Assembly: GCF_036321535.1 (NCBI RefSeq)
Contig: NC_087450.1
Coordinates: 61,752,001 to 61,816,000, forward strand
Source of the DNA: Camelus dromedarius
Lineage: Eukaryota
Direction: 5' to 3'
Length of the DNA stretch: 64,000 bases
Position 1 is the stretch's first letter; each line of letters starts with the position of its first letter. Below the pieces are notes generated by a model that was not told where the DNA came from, did not search any database, and saw nothing but the letters and a program-made list of their open reading frames with translations. Shown piece after piece: positions 26,546 to 37,370 of this stretch. Made by a program: the position numbers and the translations under genes.

Positions 26546-27086
26546 CGCAGCCGGTCAAGAAGGGACGCACGACTGCTGTGGCTCTAACACTTCACAGACT
26601 TGATAGACTTGTGTTAAGTGTGGCGACATAACACAGCCCTGCCGGAGCCTGAGGAGCAGCGAATGCTGCTGCTGCTGCGCGGGTTGTGACAGCTGTTCCC
26701 ACAGGACAGGGCAACGCGAGTGGAGTGATGCAAAGCCAAGGAGTTAGTCTTCAGCCCAGGAGGAGGGACAGCTGGCAGGCAGCCGTGGAGGGCAGGCTGG
26801 CTGGACCACCCCCTGAAAGCAATGATAAACCTTAGGCAAAATATCTCAAAAGCAGGAGGAGATGCCACATTGAAAACACAGGAAGGCAACAGTGAGATTT
26901 GTGAGTTTGCACCTTTTTCCTGCAGGGCCTCCTCCCACCCACGTGTGGCCCAGAGCAGAGCATCTGGAAGGTGAGGGTGAAATGCTGAGTGCGGGGGAGC
27001 CACTGAGAGCGAGCACCAAGACCTGCCATAAACTCCGCCCAAACCACTGGTGGACGCCTGAAATGTGCAGGGGGGCCCCCGGGGAC

Positions 27087-27109
27087 CACACACACACACA
27101 CACACACAC
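27087..27109. repeat. (CA)n microsatellite
   Basis: cacacacacacacacacacacac. Confidence 0.95.
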
Positions 27110-27499
27110 CCGCGCAGCAACTGCAGATGGAAAGAACTGAGTGTGAACTTCAGCTGCTGCCAACGGAGGGAAAGACCGAGGTGAGCGTCTGCGCCCAGAC
27201 AAGTTCGCTGCCACTGATTGAACGTGCTTCAGCGAAACAGAAATGAAGTCTCTACAATGTGTCCTTCGTAAAGTTCAGGTTCCAGTTTTAACAACCCCTA
27301 GTCATGAAAAGAAACAGGGAACCGCGACCTAAGTCAAGGCCAGAAAGAAATAAGAAAGTCAACAGAGACTAAACGCAAGATGCCCCAACGCTGACGTGAG
27401 CCGGCAAGCGCCTCGGAGCCGCTCCTGTAAACAAGGCCGAGGGCTCGGAGGACGCGCACTCACGGAACGCGACCGAGCGGGGAGGCCACGCAGACGGTC

Positions 27500-29060
27500 T
27501 CAGGGCAAGACACGCAGCATCGGAGACGAGACGCTGCTGGGGGGCCTAATGGCAAACTGGGGGCAACAGGGGGGAAACAGGAGTAGCGCAGTCTGAAGAA
27601 GAGAGAAATAAATAAAGTAAGAGTGAGCGCAGGTGTAGGAAACCGCGGAGAAGACCGCGCAGCCGGACACGGGCACGTTCATTCCCAGGGTGAGGAGGGG
27701 GACGGAGCAGGACAGAAAACGTCTGAGGAAATGATGGCTGCAATTTTTGACATGTAGTGACAGACATCGCCTCACAGACCCAGGAAGCTCAACACAACAT
27801 GAGCAAAGTAAATAAGAAGGAGACTACACTTAGGCCCCATCATAAATCCTGCTAAACCACGCATTTGCCAGACCCCAAGGTTAAAGGTAAAATCTTCCAG
27901 ACTTTGCACCTAGAGAGCAGCAACGCATTTCACACGGGGAAGAAATGGCAGAAACGACGCTGACTTTCTCATGAGACATGATGGAGCCAGAAGACAATGA
28001 AACTGCGTTTTTTAAGTGCTAAAAAAAAAATTAATCCAGAAATCTATGCCCAATGGGAAACGTCCTTGAAAAATGAGGATTAAAAAAAGACATACCAGAT
28101 GAAAAAGAAAACTAAAATTTTCTCTGAAAGACCTGAGCTATAAGAAACGCCGAGGGAGCTTCTCTGGGCCTAAGGTCGATGGTGACGTAGGTTCACACGA
28201 GCGAATAAAGAGCTGTAGGTCCGGCAGGTGTGTCAGTAAATATGAAAGCCTGTAAATAGGTTTTCTTTTTCTCGTGATTTATTTAGATTGCACATTACCG
28301 TTTAAAGCAAAAATTAAAAGACTATGCAGGGAACAACGTTTGTACACGTACTACGTGTTGTAACACAGAAGTTGTGCTGGGGACCCCGGCCAGTGAAGTA
28401 AGGCGAGAAAAACCAGCGGCACCTGGGCAGACAGAAAGCAGACAGCCTTTCCCACCACTGCCACGCCTGTCTGTGTAGGACAAGGACTTTCAGAACAACC
28501 CCAAGAACGAATAAGGCCACAGATACGAGGCCACTGTGCAAAGAGAAATGTTATTTCTCATTCCAACAACAAAAGAAGGAAAATAAGATTTTTAAAAATT
28601 CCTTTACAGCAGACTTAAAATAAGAAAATACTTAGATGTAAACGTGACAAAAAGGAGCAAGTTTTCTATATTTAAAAAAAGTAATATATTAATTCTAAGT
28701 CAACAGTGATAAAAAAATATATATATACTGTAATCCATAAAGCAAACTCCTAAAATGTTTTTTTTAAAAAAAGATAAATTTAAATGAATTTGAAGTGGTA
28801 GGTAAAACATACGTGATTAACTCAAAAATGGTAGGAAAAAAACTAAAACTGGAACAAAAACCAGAAGAGACCCCGCTCTGCAAAAAAAAAAAAGTAATGA
28901 TATGAGAGACTTAAATCAAATCATATCGAAGGTCACATTGGATGTAAATGGGCAACACCCCAAATGGAGTCAAAGGAAGCAGAAGTGGGCAGAACCGAGT
29001 TTATAATTAACCCAGGGCCCGAAATTAACCTGCTTTGTAAAAATGGAGTCGATACAGAAT
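27500..29060 (+). mobile_element. Old L1 (L1ME-like) ORF1, inter-ORF region and ORF2 start, degraded
   Basis: gaggaaatgatggctgcaattt, cacagacccaggaagctcaac, atggagccagaagacaatg, cacattggatgtaaatggg (endonuclease N-terminus-like). Confidence 0.7.
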
Positions 29061-30954
29061 CGTGTGTGTTGAAACTCTGTTGCGTGGCATCAGCGCGGCC
29101 AAGTGAGTTTCATTCAATAACGCACCAAACAAATAACACAGGAACCTGCAAACCCCAGACAAACACTCGGACTCGCTGAGCCTTTATCGAGGGTTCAGTC
29201 TATGGTTTAACTGACAGCGGAGCGTCAGGGAAGAGTTTATCTTCCCCCATTTCTGTCCACACCGTTCAGCCCGTGGGGGACCTGACACGGTGTGGGGGCA
29301 CCGGCGGGCGCCGGCCCCCGGGAAGCCCTGGCCCCTCGGAGCCGCAGGGCGCGCGGGCCCAGCCCCACCACTGCCTCGGAGCCCTGGCCTCCCGTCAAAG
29401 CGAAAGCCAGCATCCACCTCTGGGAAAGAAAATGGCCCAGAAAGGGGCAGGAGCGCCCTCAGACGACAGGTCTGTCACAGGATTTTTAAAAATAACCAAC
29501 GCACAGAAGACACATTTTGGGGCCCCGATAATAAGCAGCAGATGCTCACAGAAGAAGGAAAGCTAACCAGCGACTCTCTCTTTCTCTGACATTTTGAAAA
29601 GTTCAGTAGATTCATGAGGGACTGAAGAGAGGAAAACACAACTTCATTATTTTAAAAAGGGCAAAGCCTGCGTCCGAGGACCTGCAGGCACCGCGAGCCC
29701 CCGGGAGGCTGGGAGGCGGTGCGGGCAGAGCCCTTGGCAAAGCGGAGCGGGACGCAGGCGACTGGGCGGGAGGTGCCGGGAGCGAGAGCTTGGAGAGGCC
29801 TTTGCAAGCCACTGTTCCTGCAAAGAACAAAATGCTGCCTTTTCCGAGGAGCGTTTGACAGTGTCCTCCTTCACTGACGCAGAAGCCTGCAGTCCAAGAC
29901 AACGACCGGGTTTAGAGGTCTAAGGAGGAAGCACAGGGAACCGTGCTTCAGCTGCCGTGGTCTGACTCAGGGAAACGTGGGTGATTCTGAGGCTTATTGT
30001 GAAGACAGAAGCACAGCTGGGGGCCAGAAGCATTTCCTGGTGACCTCATATTAATTGCTCAAGGTAAGCATCACTCAATGAAAGGGACACCAGCTCAGCC
30101 AAGCACACCTGCATCAGAGTGAAAACCTAGTCATTCAGAGGCTGTGAACCCTGCAAAGCTACGGAGCCACCTCCGGGCTTGGGGGTAGAGAGTGCGGAAC
30201 AGTCACATCCCACCTCCACCGCCACATGCACACGCCCAGCTCACCTGTCCTCCACTCTCTGCCGTACGCCGCACTTCTGAAAAATCTTTCCCCTCGCCAC
30301 CAGCACCGCAAGCCTTAATCCGATAGGAAGCGAGATTAGGTATCATGTGTGAGCTTTTCCGCAGCATTCTAATTTTTCATTGTCTCTAAGAAGAAACATT
30401 TCACCCGGTGCTGAGCTCACTGGTCAGCGAACACGTGCTCTTGGCCGCCCGCCTAAAATGCCCTTCAGCTGCAGCATCGCTGTGTCAGGCACTGCAGCAT
30501 CCGGAACCAGCTCCTCTCGCTTGGAGTGGAACAGGGTGTAATTGCGGTCCGGCTCTTCACTTGGCTCATGATGACCGTGTTAATGGAGTGTTTCCAAGGT
30601 GTGAGGACTTCACGAAGTTGTGCAATCCCGTGGCCATGGTGTTATCACCTTAGAAAATGAGAAAATTCAGCCACAGAGTGATACAAACTTTTGCACAAGG
30701 TATTCTGATATTTTTCTCTAGTTTATTCAACAATAATTACACCTGTAAGGGTCCCTGTGTTCACTTCTGGGTCTACCAAAACAAACAGCTTAAATACGGT
30801 CCCCAAGCTCCTGAAACTTACAACCTAGAGAGGCGCATACCAGGCAGGCTGACAGCAGCTGTAGGACCCGGGCCGGCGTTTGAACTCCTCTGAGCTTCCT
30901 CTCTTCATCTGTGGAAAGAGAAGCAAATGTTAATGACTGCATCTTAAATCTGAA

Positions 30955-31448
30955 AAGGAATTGAAAAGTCTACAATAATAGATGCTGGAGAGGGTGTGGA
31001 GAAAAGGGACCCCTCCTACACTGCTGGTGGGAATGCAGACTGGTGCAGCCACTGTGGAGGACAGTATGGAGTTTCCTTCAAAAACTGAAAATAGACTTAC
31101 CACATGATCCAGCAATCCCACTCCTGGGCATACATCCAGAGAAAAATAAAATTCAAAAAGACTCACACACCCCAGCTTTCACAGCAGCACTATATACAGC
31201 AACCAAGGAAACAACCCAAATGTCCATCAACAGGTGACTGGATAAAGAAGATGTGGTATATCTATACAGTGGAACACTATTCAGCCATAAAAAAGAATCA
31301 AATAATGCCAATTGCAGCAATATGGATTGACCTGAAGACTGTCATTCAAAGTGAAGTGGGCCAGAAAGAGAAAGAAAAATGCCATATGATATCATTTATA
31401 TGAGGAATCTAAAAAAATAATAAAATAAAAATAAGGACACAAATGAAC
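30955..31448 (+). mobile_element. L1 ORF2 C-terminus and start of 3'UTR
   Basis: gatgctggagagggtgtggagaaaaggga...catgatccagcaatcccactcctgggcat...gatatcatttatatgaggaatctaaaa. Confidence 0.95.
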
Positions 31449-31619
31449 TAATTATTATTTTGACTTCTTGAATATCTGTAAGCACATCTGACTGTCCTTT
31501 ATGATTGGATTACCGCATTCTGTTGATTCTTATTTTGTAGTTGGCATTACTCCTTTGATAACTATGTAAGTTTACAAAGCTAAAGATCTAATCTGTTCTT
31601 AGGGGAAAAAAAGAAAAGA

Positions 31620-31690
31620 AAAGGAATTAAATAGGCCAACATGTAAAGTATAAAGTAGCACCTGTTGATTCGTGCTCAGTAAATACTAGG
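31620..31690 (+). mobile_element. MIR 3' end
   Basis: ggaattaaataggccaacatgtaaagt...gtgctcagtaaatactag parallels the MIR 3' consensus. Confidence 0.6.
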
Positions 31691-32170
31691 AGGTACTAGG
31701 ACTAGCAGTGGTGACAGTAAGCGTAGGTGTGGCTGAAGCAGGCGCAGTGGCGGTAACAGAGCACCAGCGACAGTGGCAGGAGGAGCAGCCGTGACAGTTG
31801 TAAGAGTAGTAACAGTGGTGGGAGCAGTGACAGTGGCAGCCGTGGTGACAGTGGTGGACGTAGCACCAGCAGCACCAGCAGGAGGAGCAGCCGCAGCACG
31901 TGGGTTGGCGCTGCCCTCTGGTAGCTTCAGCGAGAGTTGCTGAGCACCAGAGCTGGACGGCGGGTCGGGGGGCGTCTGCAGGGCCTCCTCCATCTCTATC
32001 TGCTCCTCCCCACTTTCTTCTTCCCCCCGACCCTCCCAGGGAACTCAGGGCTGCTTCTCTTTGGCAGGGATGATTCCACTCACACCTGCTGCAGTACACG
32101 TGGTGGTCGTGCTGGTGCTGGTGGCAGCAGGTGGTGGTGGTGGCAGGTGGGGGGATGCAGCCCAGCAGCG
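31690..32170. repeat. Degenerate triplet (AGT/GGT/AGC) low-complexity tract
   Basis: gcagtggtgacagt, gcagtgacagtggcagccgtggtgacagtggtgg, agcaccagcagcaccagcagg. Confidence 0.75.
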
Positions 32171-32747
32171 GGAAGAGGGGCACATGCAGCAGCAGCTGAA
32201 GCCCTTGGAGGGGACGCACAGAACCCAGGTCTTGGATGGCCAGGGGTGATGTCCTAGGTCAGGTGATGCTGAAGCTGATCTGACAGTTTGGGCTGGACTG
32301 GCCAGGCAGTTGTGGGTGTTGGTGGGAGGCGGGGGGACGTGCAGGACACAGGCTTGGACCTGAGGTGTGTCCAGGTCGGGGGCTGCTCAAGGGAGGGAGG
32401 GTTCTGGAGTCAAGGTGCAGGGAGAAGTGGGCAGAGGCCAAGGGCTCCAGCCAAGCCAAGGGTCGGGCCTTTCCAAGGGTGGCTGCCATGCTGAGGAAGG
32501 TTCCTGAGGTGAAGAAGGGCAAGGCCTCAGAACCCACAGAGCCCCTCCCTGACCCCAGGCTGTGCTCGGCCCCTCGTGTTGTCTCTCTAATCATCCCGCT
32601 ACCACGTTGCCTCTACAGTGTCTCATCTCGAGGGGATGTCTTCACACCTACAAGGGTTGAGCCTTTAGAACATTCTCTGAAGGATGCAGCCCACCTGGAT
32701 TCATCCACCTTCCCCCACGACCCCCTAACAGCAGAAGCGAGAACCGG

Positions 32748-33265
32748 TGTGGCTGACGGTGCTAAGATGGCCCCGGAGATGCCCGTCCGGGCACTCCCAG
32801 CCTCTTGTGATCCCCTCCCCACGGACACCTGCTGCTCCGGACCCAACACAGCAACCACAACGCCAGGGTGGCTCGGTGGTGAGGTTACGGAGGGTCGTGC
32901 CTCCCGTCCTGCCAGCACTCTCTCTCTCTCTCCCCCTCCCTCTCTGTCTCTCCCTCTCTCTCTCTCTGGCTTTAATGAGGCACCTGCCATGTTAGAAAGT
33001 CATATCACAAAGAACAGAGGGTGGCCTCTGTCCAACAGCCCTCAGTAAAGTAAGGCCTTAGAATGGAGCTTAATCAAAGACCTTTCCCTAATGGAGCGTT
33101 CAGACGAGACCACGGCTCTGGCCAGCAGCCGGCCTGCAGCCTCGGGGAGCAGTGCACGCAGAGGACCCAGACTTCTGAGCCACAGACATGGAGGCAAAAT
33201 GTGTGCGGGTTCCAGCTGCTCAGTCCCAGGGTCACTTGTTACACAGCAAAGATAACTGACGCTAC
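32748..33265 (+). mobile_element. MaLR solo LTR (older MLT1 subfamily) with internal (CT)n
   Basis: Start tgtggctgacggtgctaagatggcccc; end cttgttacacagcaaagataactgac. Confidence 0.8.
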
Positions 33266-34654
33266 CGTGTTCCGCACCTTGAGATAGTACCTAAATCAGG
33301 GTCTCACGAAGACAGTAAAGGGACTGAAAACTCCTGGACCCGCAAGTCTGGCATAAACATACATTCTGCTCGTTTCAACGTAACTACAGCCGCAGATGGT
33401 ACAGTGTGCAGTAGGGTTTGAATATTAACTTTTGATCCCACCCCCAATAGGCCATTGCTTTTTTAAAAATGAGCCAGGTGTGGTTATGGTCACAGGCTCA
33501 GTCCTGGTCCTCTCTGAACCCCGTCTGCCCGGGCTGCTTGGATTCCACGTGGCCATCGCCACCAGGCTTTTGTTGGTTTCATTTCCTGTGTCTGGACCTA
33601 TTTCCACTTCCAGAAAAAGAATCTTATTTTAAGTGCTGAGTCTCTGCCAGTGGAATTCCTGAGGAAAGTTTGCTCCTCTCCTGTAAAACACCTGCCACCT
33701 CACATCCCTGCAACGGGGTCCTCCCACTGTGCCCCACGCGCCCCCACAGACGCTCAGAGCTTCACGCCACCGGCCGTCGCGCCTCTGTGTCCTGAGCTGC
33801 CCGGACCCCGCGAGCAACAGGGGATGGGCAGGTGGACTTTTCACCTGCTCACTCCTCGGAGACAGACTTGAGGCTGAAATACAGAGGAGCCCCTCGCTCC
33901 GCTCTGCGTCTTGGTCATCCTCCAGCACTGCCTCACCTGTTCACTCCCCCTGCTCACACACGCGCACATGTACACGCGCGTGCGCGGACCTACCTGTGAG
34001 CCATCATGAACCACCTGTAGGGACGTAACAGCCCAAGAGTGGGGTTTCTTAGCCCAGGCTGGCTGGTATCGCAGTGTTCAGCTAGAAGCTCACAGACCGC
34101 TGAGACCAGACGTCTTACCCGAAACATTAGTGAGCAACACAGAAGCACACGCCTGGGAGTTAACTGGGTGATGCCGTCTCTGAGTAGTAAGACCATCATG
34201 TTATCTGGGGAAGAATCCTATCTTATTCCCCTTGGAGCTTGTCAACTTTCTCGACGTGCCTTTCTCGAAGCGCATAGTTGTTATTAAATAAAACACAGTC
34301 TGGTCTTAAACAGGAGCGACAAAGCAGATATCAAGGGCTCTATCCTGGTCTTGAAAAGTCAGTCCCCGGACCAGGTTATGGCCAAGAACGTCCAACCATT
34401 TTGACAGTCACTTTGTGCTCCTATCTAACATTCATCACTATTTTCAACTCTCGAGCAGGTGACAGGTTAGTATATTTCTAATTTGAAGCAAAGGAAAACA
34501 GCCAAGTGAATTCTCAGCAAATTTCAAAATTTATGATGGACACTTGCATGCTGTCTGTCCTTGGATGGATCTGGAAATGTTATCTGTTAAGCCCCATAAT
34601 GTATTGAGCGCCAATCCCTGCGGTCCTCTGTAAAACTGCAGTGAACATGGCGAA

Positions 34655-34890
34655 CGTGTCCCCAGCACCTACCACGTGTCAGGTGCTGCTCTAGGTTTAA
34701 TTCTCTCAACCCCAGAACTGACGCTATGAGACGAAGGGCTGTTAGTAACATTCCCGGGTTACAGGGGAGGAAATGCGGGCAGAGATGCTGAGTCACTTGC
34801 CCAGGGTCGCACAGCTGATAATTTAGGGCTGCGCTTTGAGCCTAAGCAGGGTGGAAAGGACGTTGGTGTTTAACCACTGCACTACAGTGC
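34655..34890 (-). mobile_element. MIR
   Basis: cagcacctaccacgtgtcaggtgctg...gtcacttgcccagggtcgcacagctg...aaccactgcactac. Confidence 0.75.
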
Positions 34891-36647
34891 CTGTTTGGTC
34901 CGACTGAGTCTTTTAACTGTATTGTTCATGTGAGAGAGAGAGAGAGAACAGGAATTATAAATAATGAAGAGATGGGCCTGATTCCATCTCTTGGCTCCAC
35001 TGCTGGACCCCACGAGGACATCCTTGCGAAAGGGCCAGAGGAAGTATAGAAACCCAAGCACGGACTGACATCACTGTGCTGCCGGATGCAGAGGGCACTG
35101 CGTCCTTTGAGCGAATGCGGGACTGAAAGGGAAGGAGCACAAAGGGACAGAGAATGACAGAAGGACCCCCGGAGGCTTCAATTACAGTCTAGGCAGAAAA
35201 CAATGCCCCACACCCGTCGCTCAGCAAATAACGTGGTTTTACAACACTCAATGAAACATCTTACGAGAAATTAGATCCACTTGGCTTTGGCTCAGTTCAG
35301 AAGAAGGTGCTTAGAGAAACTTACCCTCATACCCAGAAGAGTCCACCAAGAAAAGTATTATTTCAACTGACTCGGCCAAAAGAACTTTCACTTTTATGAG
35401 AAACTGATGACTCTCTCATGGGCTGTGAAATGAATACTCTTCATACGGCTGTAAGGGATATTTTTCTTGGTATCTCTCAATGTGTTCCCACCTGTTTTAT
35501 CTTATTTTATGGTTCAACACTTCACGAAGCAAGAAAGATGAGAATCAGCCTTACCGTCAATAAAACGTAAACAGCGTCCTCTCTCATGGAACAGTCGTAA
35601 AACAGAAACAGAGTGACGTTCGTGGAGGGGCTGGATTTGCGTACCTGGTGCCCGTTAACCGGTCATCTCCTCGTTCGTTCGTCCGCTCTCTCCCAGGTTA
35701 CAGGTAAACAACCGCGGCCCAGACAGACCAAATGACTTGCCAAGGTTTTCACGCCCATCTTTCGATTCACGTGTCACTTTTCTCCTAGTGCCCATTTGGA
35801 CCTGAATTGCCTATCTCACATTTGAGTGAAACAGACTATATTCTCCCTCAGATGGGCTGCTGCTAATTATGTGGGGCAAACATTTCCAACACAAAAACTT
35901 TTCCACAATAAAAATGATTACACAAAGGGCAGTTTTATTCGATGCACTTTGGAAGCTTTGAAAGGCACCTCCAATCAGCAAGCAGCTGGATAATAATTTA
36001 AGCCAATCTCTGTGGTTGTTTAAAGAAAATTAAAACATGTGACATTGTTTAATTCTGTGGAGCAGTGCTCAGTCTCCAGCTCAGTGCAGGACAAAGGCTG
36101 TAAAAGCCACCGCACTTTGTAGCTAGGAGCCCCGTACGAGGTTTTATCTTGCGCAGATGGCATGATATAAAGCTGTTAGGAGCATTATTTATTTCAAAAT
36201 GTTTGCGTTGAAAACATGGAGAGACAACCCATCTCCAATTTAAGAACATCCGAGGGCAGAGAAAGCAGAGCAACGTCGAAGATCTGCGATTTCAAATAAA
36301 ACTTCTGATGAAGGACATTTTAGAAATAATTATAAACCCATCAGTTACTAAGACAATGAAATTTCTAAGTCTTCACAGTAAATGGCCCGGGGCCCTATTG
36401 ACATAAGAAACAGTGCTTCCATCCAGAATGTTCCGCACACAGCTTAGGACGCACTCGTGCATCGGATCCGAGCGCAGCAAACATCAGTTTGTATCCAGCT
36501 CTTGAATTTAAAAATACACGTGCTCTATCGACATACTTCTCCTGTAACGTCTGGAATCAGTGCTCCCACGGGGTGGAGGTACTGTTTAAAATCAGGTGAG
36601 TTTACTCTTTCGTTTAAAACCCTCTTTGGCGGCACAGTCTTGGCGCC

Positions 36648-36852
36648 AGGGTTGGCCGACTGCAGCCTGACAGCCAAATCTGGCAGCTGCCCGGGTTTAT
36701 ACGGTCCTTGAGCTGAAAATGGTTTTACATTTTTATAGGATGGTAAAAAAAAAAAAAAGTAAATAAAGAAAATGCAACAGAGACTGGATATGGCCCACAA
36801 AGCTTAAAATATTTACTATAGGTCCTGTATAGGAAAAGTGTGCCAACCCCCG
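36648..36852. mobile_element. MER58-type non-autonomous hAT-Charlie DNA transposon
   Basis: Termini cagggttggccgac / gtgccaacccccg; internal gccaaatctggc and tggcccacaaagcttaaaatatttactat. Confidence 0.8.
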
Positions 36853-36964
36853 GTCTACAAAACAAAATCCAAATTCCTGGTCTTGGCGTCCAAGAGCCTT
36901 CCTTAGTGAGCCCAGAACATTTCTCTAGCTTAATCCTTTGCCTCCTCCCCCATCTAAGCCATCG

Positions 36965-37370
36965 AGTTACTATTACTGCACAACAGGTTACCCCAAAATG
37001 TAGTAGCTTAAAACAACCACTTTGTTGTAACCCTGGATGCAGTCGGTGAAGAGCCGAGGACGTGGGAGAAGGGCTGTTTCTGCGCTGTGATGCCCGCTCG
37101 GGCCGGGCGTTCTGCAGCCGGGGGCTGTGATCGCCCAGCGGCAGCTTCTCTCCCGTCTAACTCCACGGCAGTGACTGAGCTTCCTCACAGCAGGGTGACC
37201 CTGGGGTAGCCAAAATTTGGACATGGTGACATAGGGCACCAAACACCAGTGAGTGTTCCAGAGACAAGGCAGGAACCGCGTCACCTTCTCAGATGCCCAC
37301 GGGGAAGCTATGCGGATAAACTCCGCCACATTCTAACGCTTCTGAGCAAGAGCAAAGGGAGGGATTGTGG
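36965..37370 (-). mobile_element. MaLR solo LTR (older MLT1 subfamily)
   Basis: gttactattactgcacaacaggttaccccaaaatgtagtagcttaaaacaac is the MLT1 antisense terminus. Confidence 0.7.

Noticed and set aside
32365-33048. 227-aa plus-strand ORF
   Set aside because: Runs from GC-rich low-complexity DNA through an MLT1 LTR and a (CT)n tract; no recognisable domain
35660-35710. Polypyrimidine-AG, 7 nt, then GTAAAC (tiny exon or recursive site)
   Set aside because: 7 nt is frame-shifting and there is no supporting evidence
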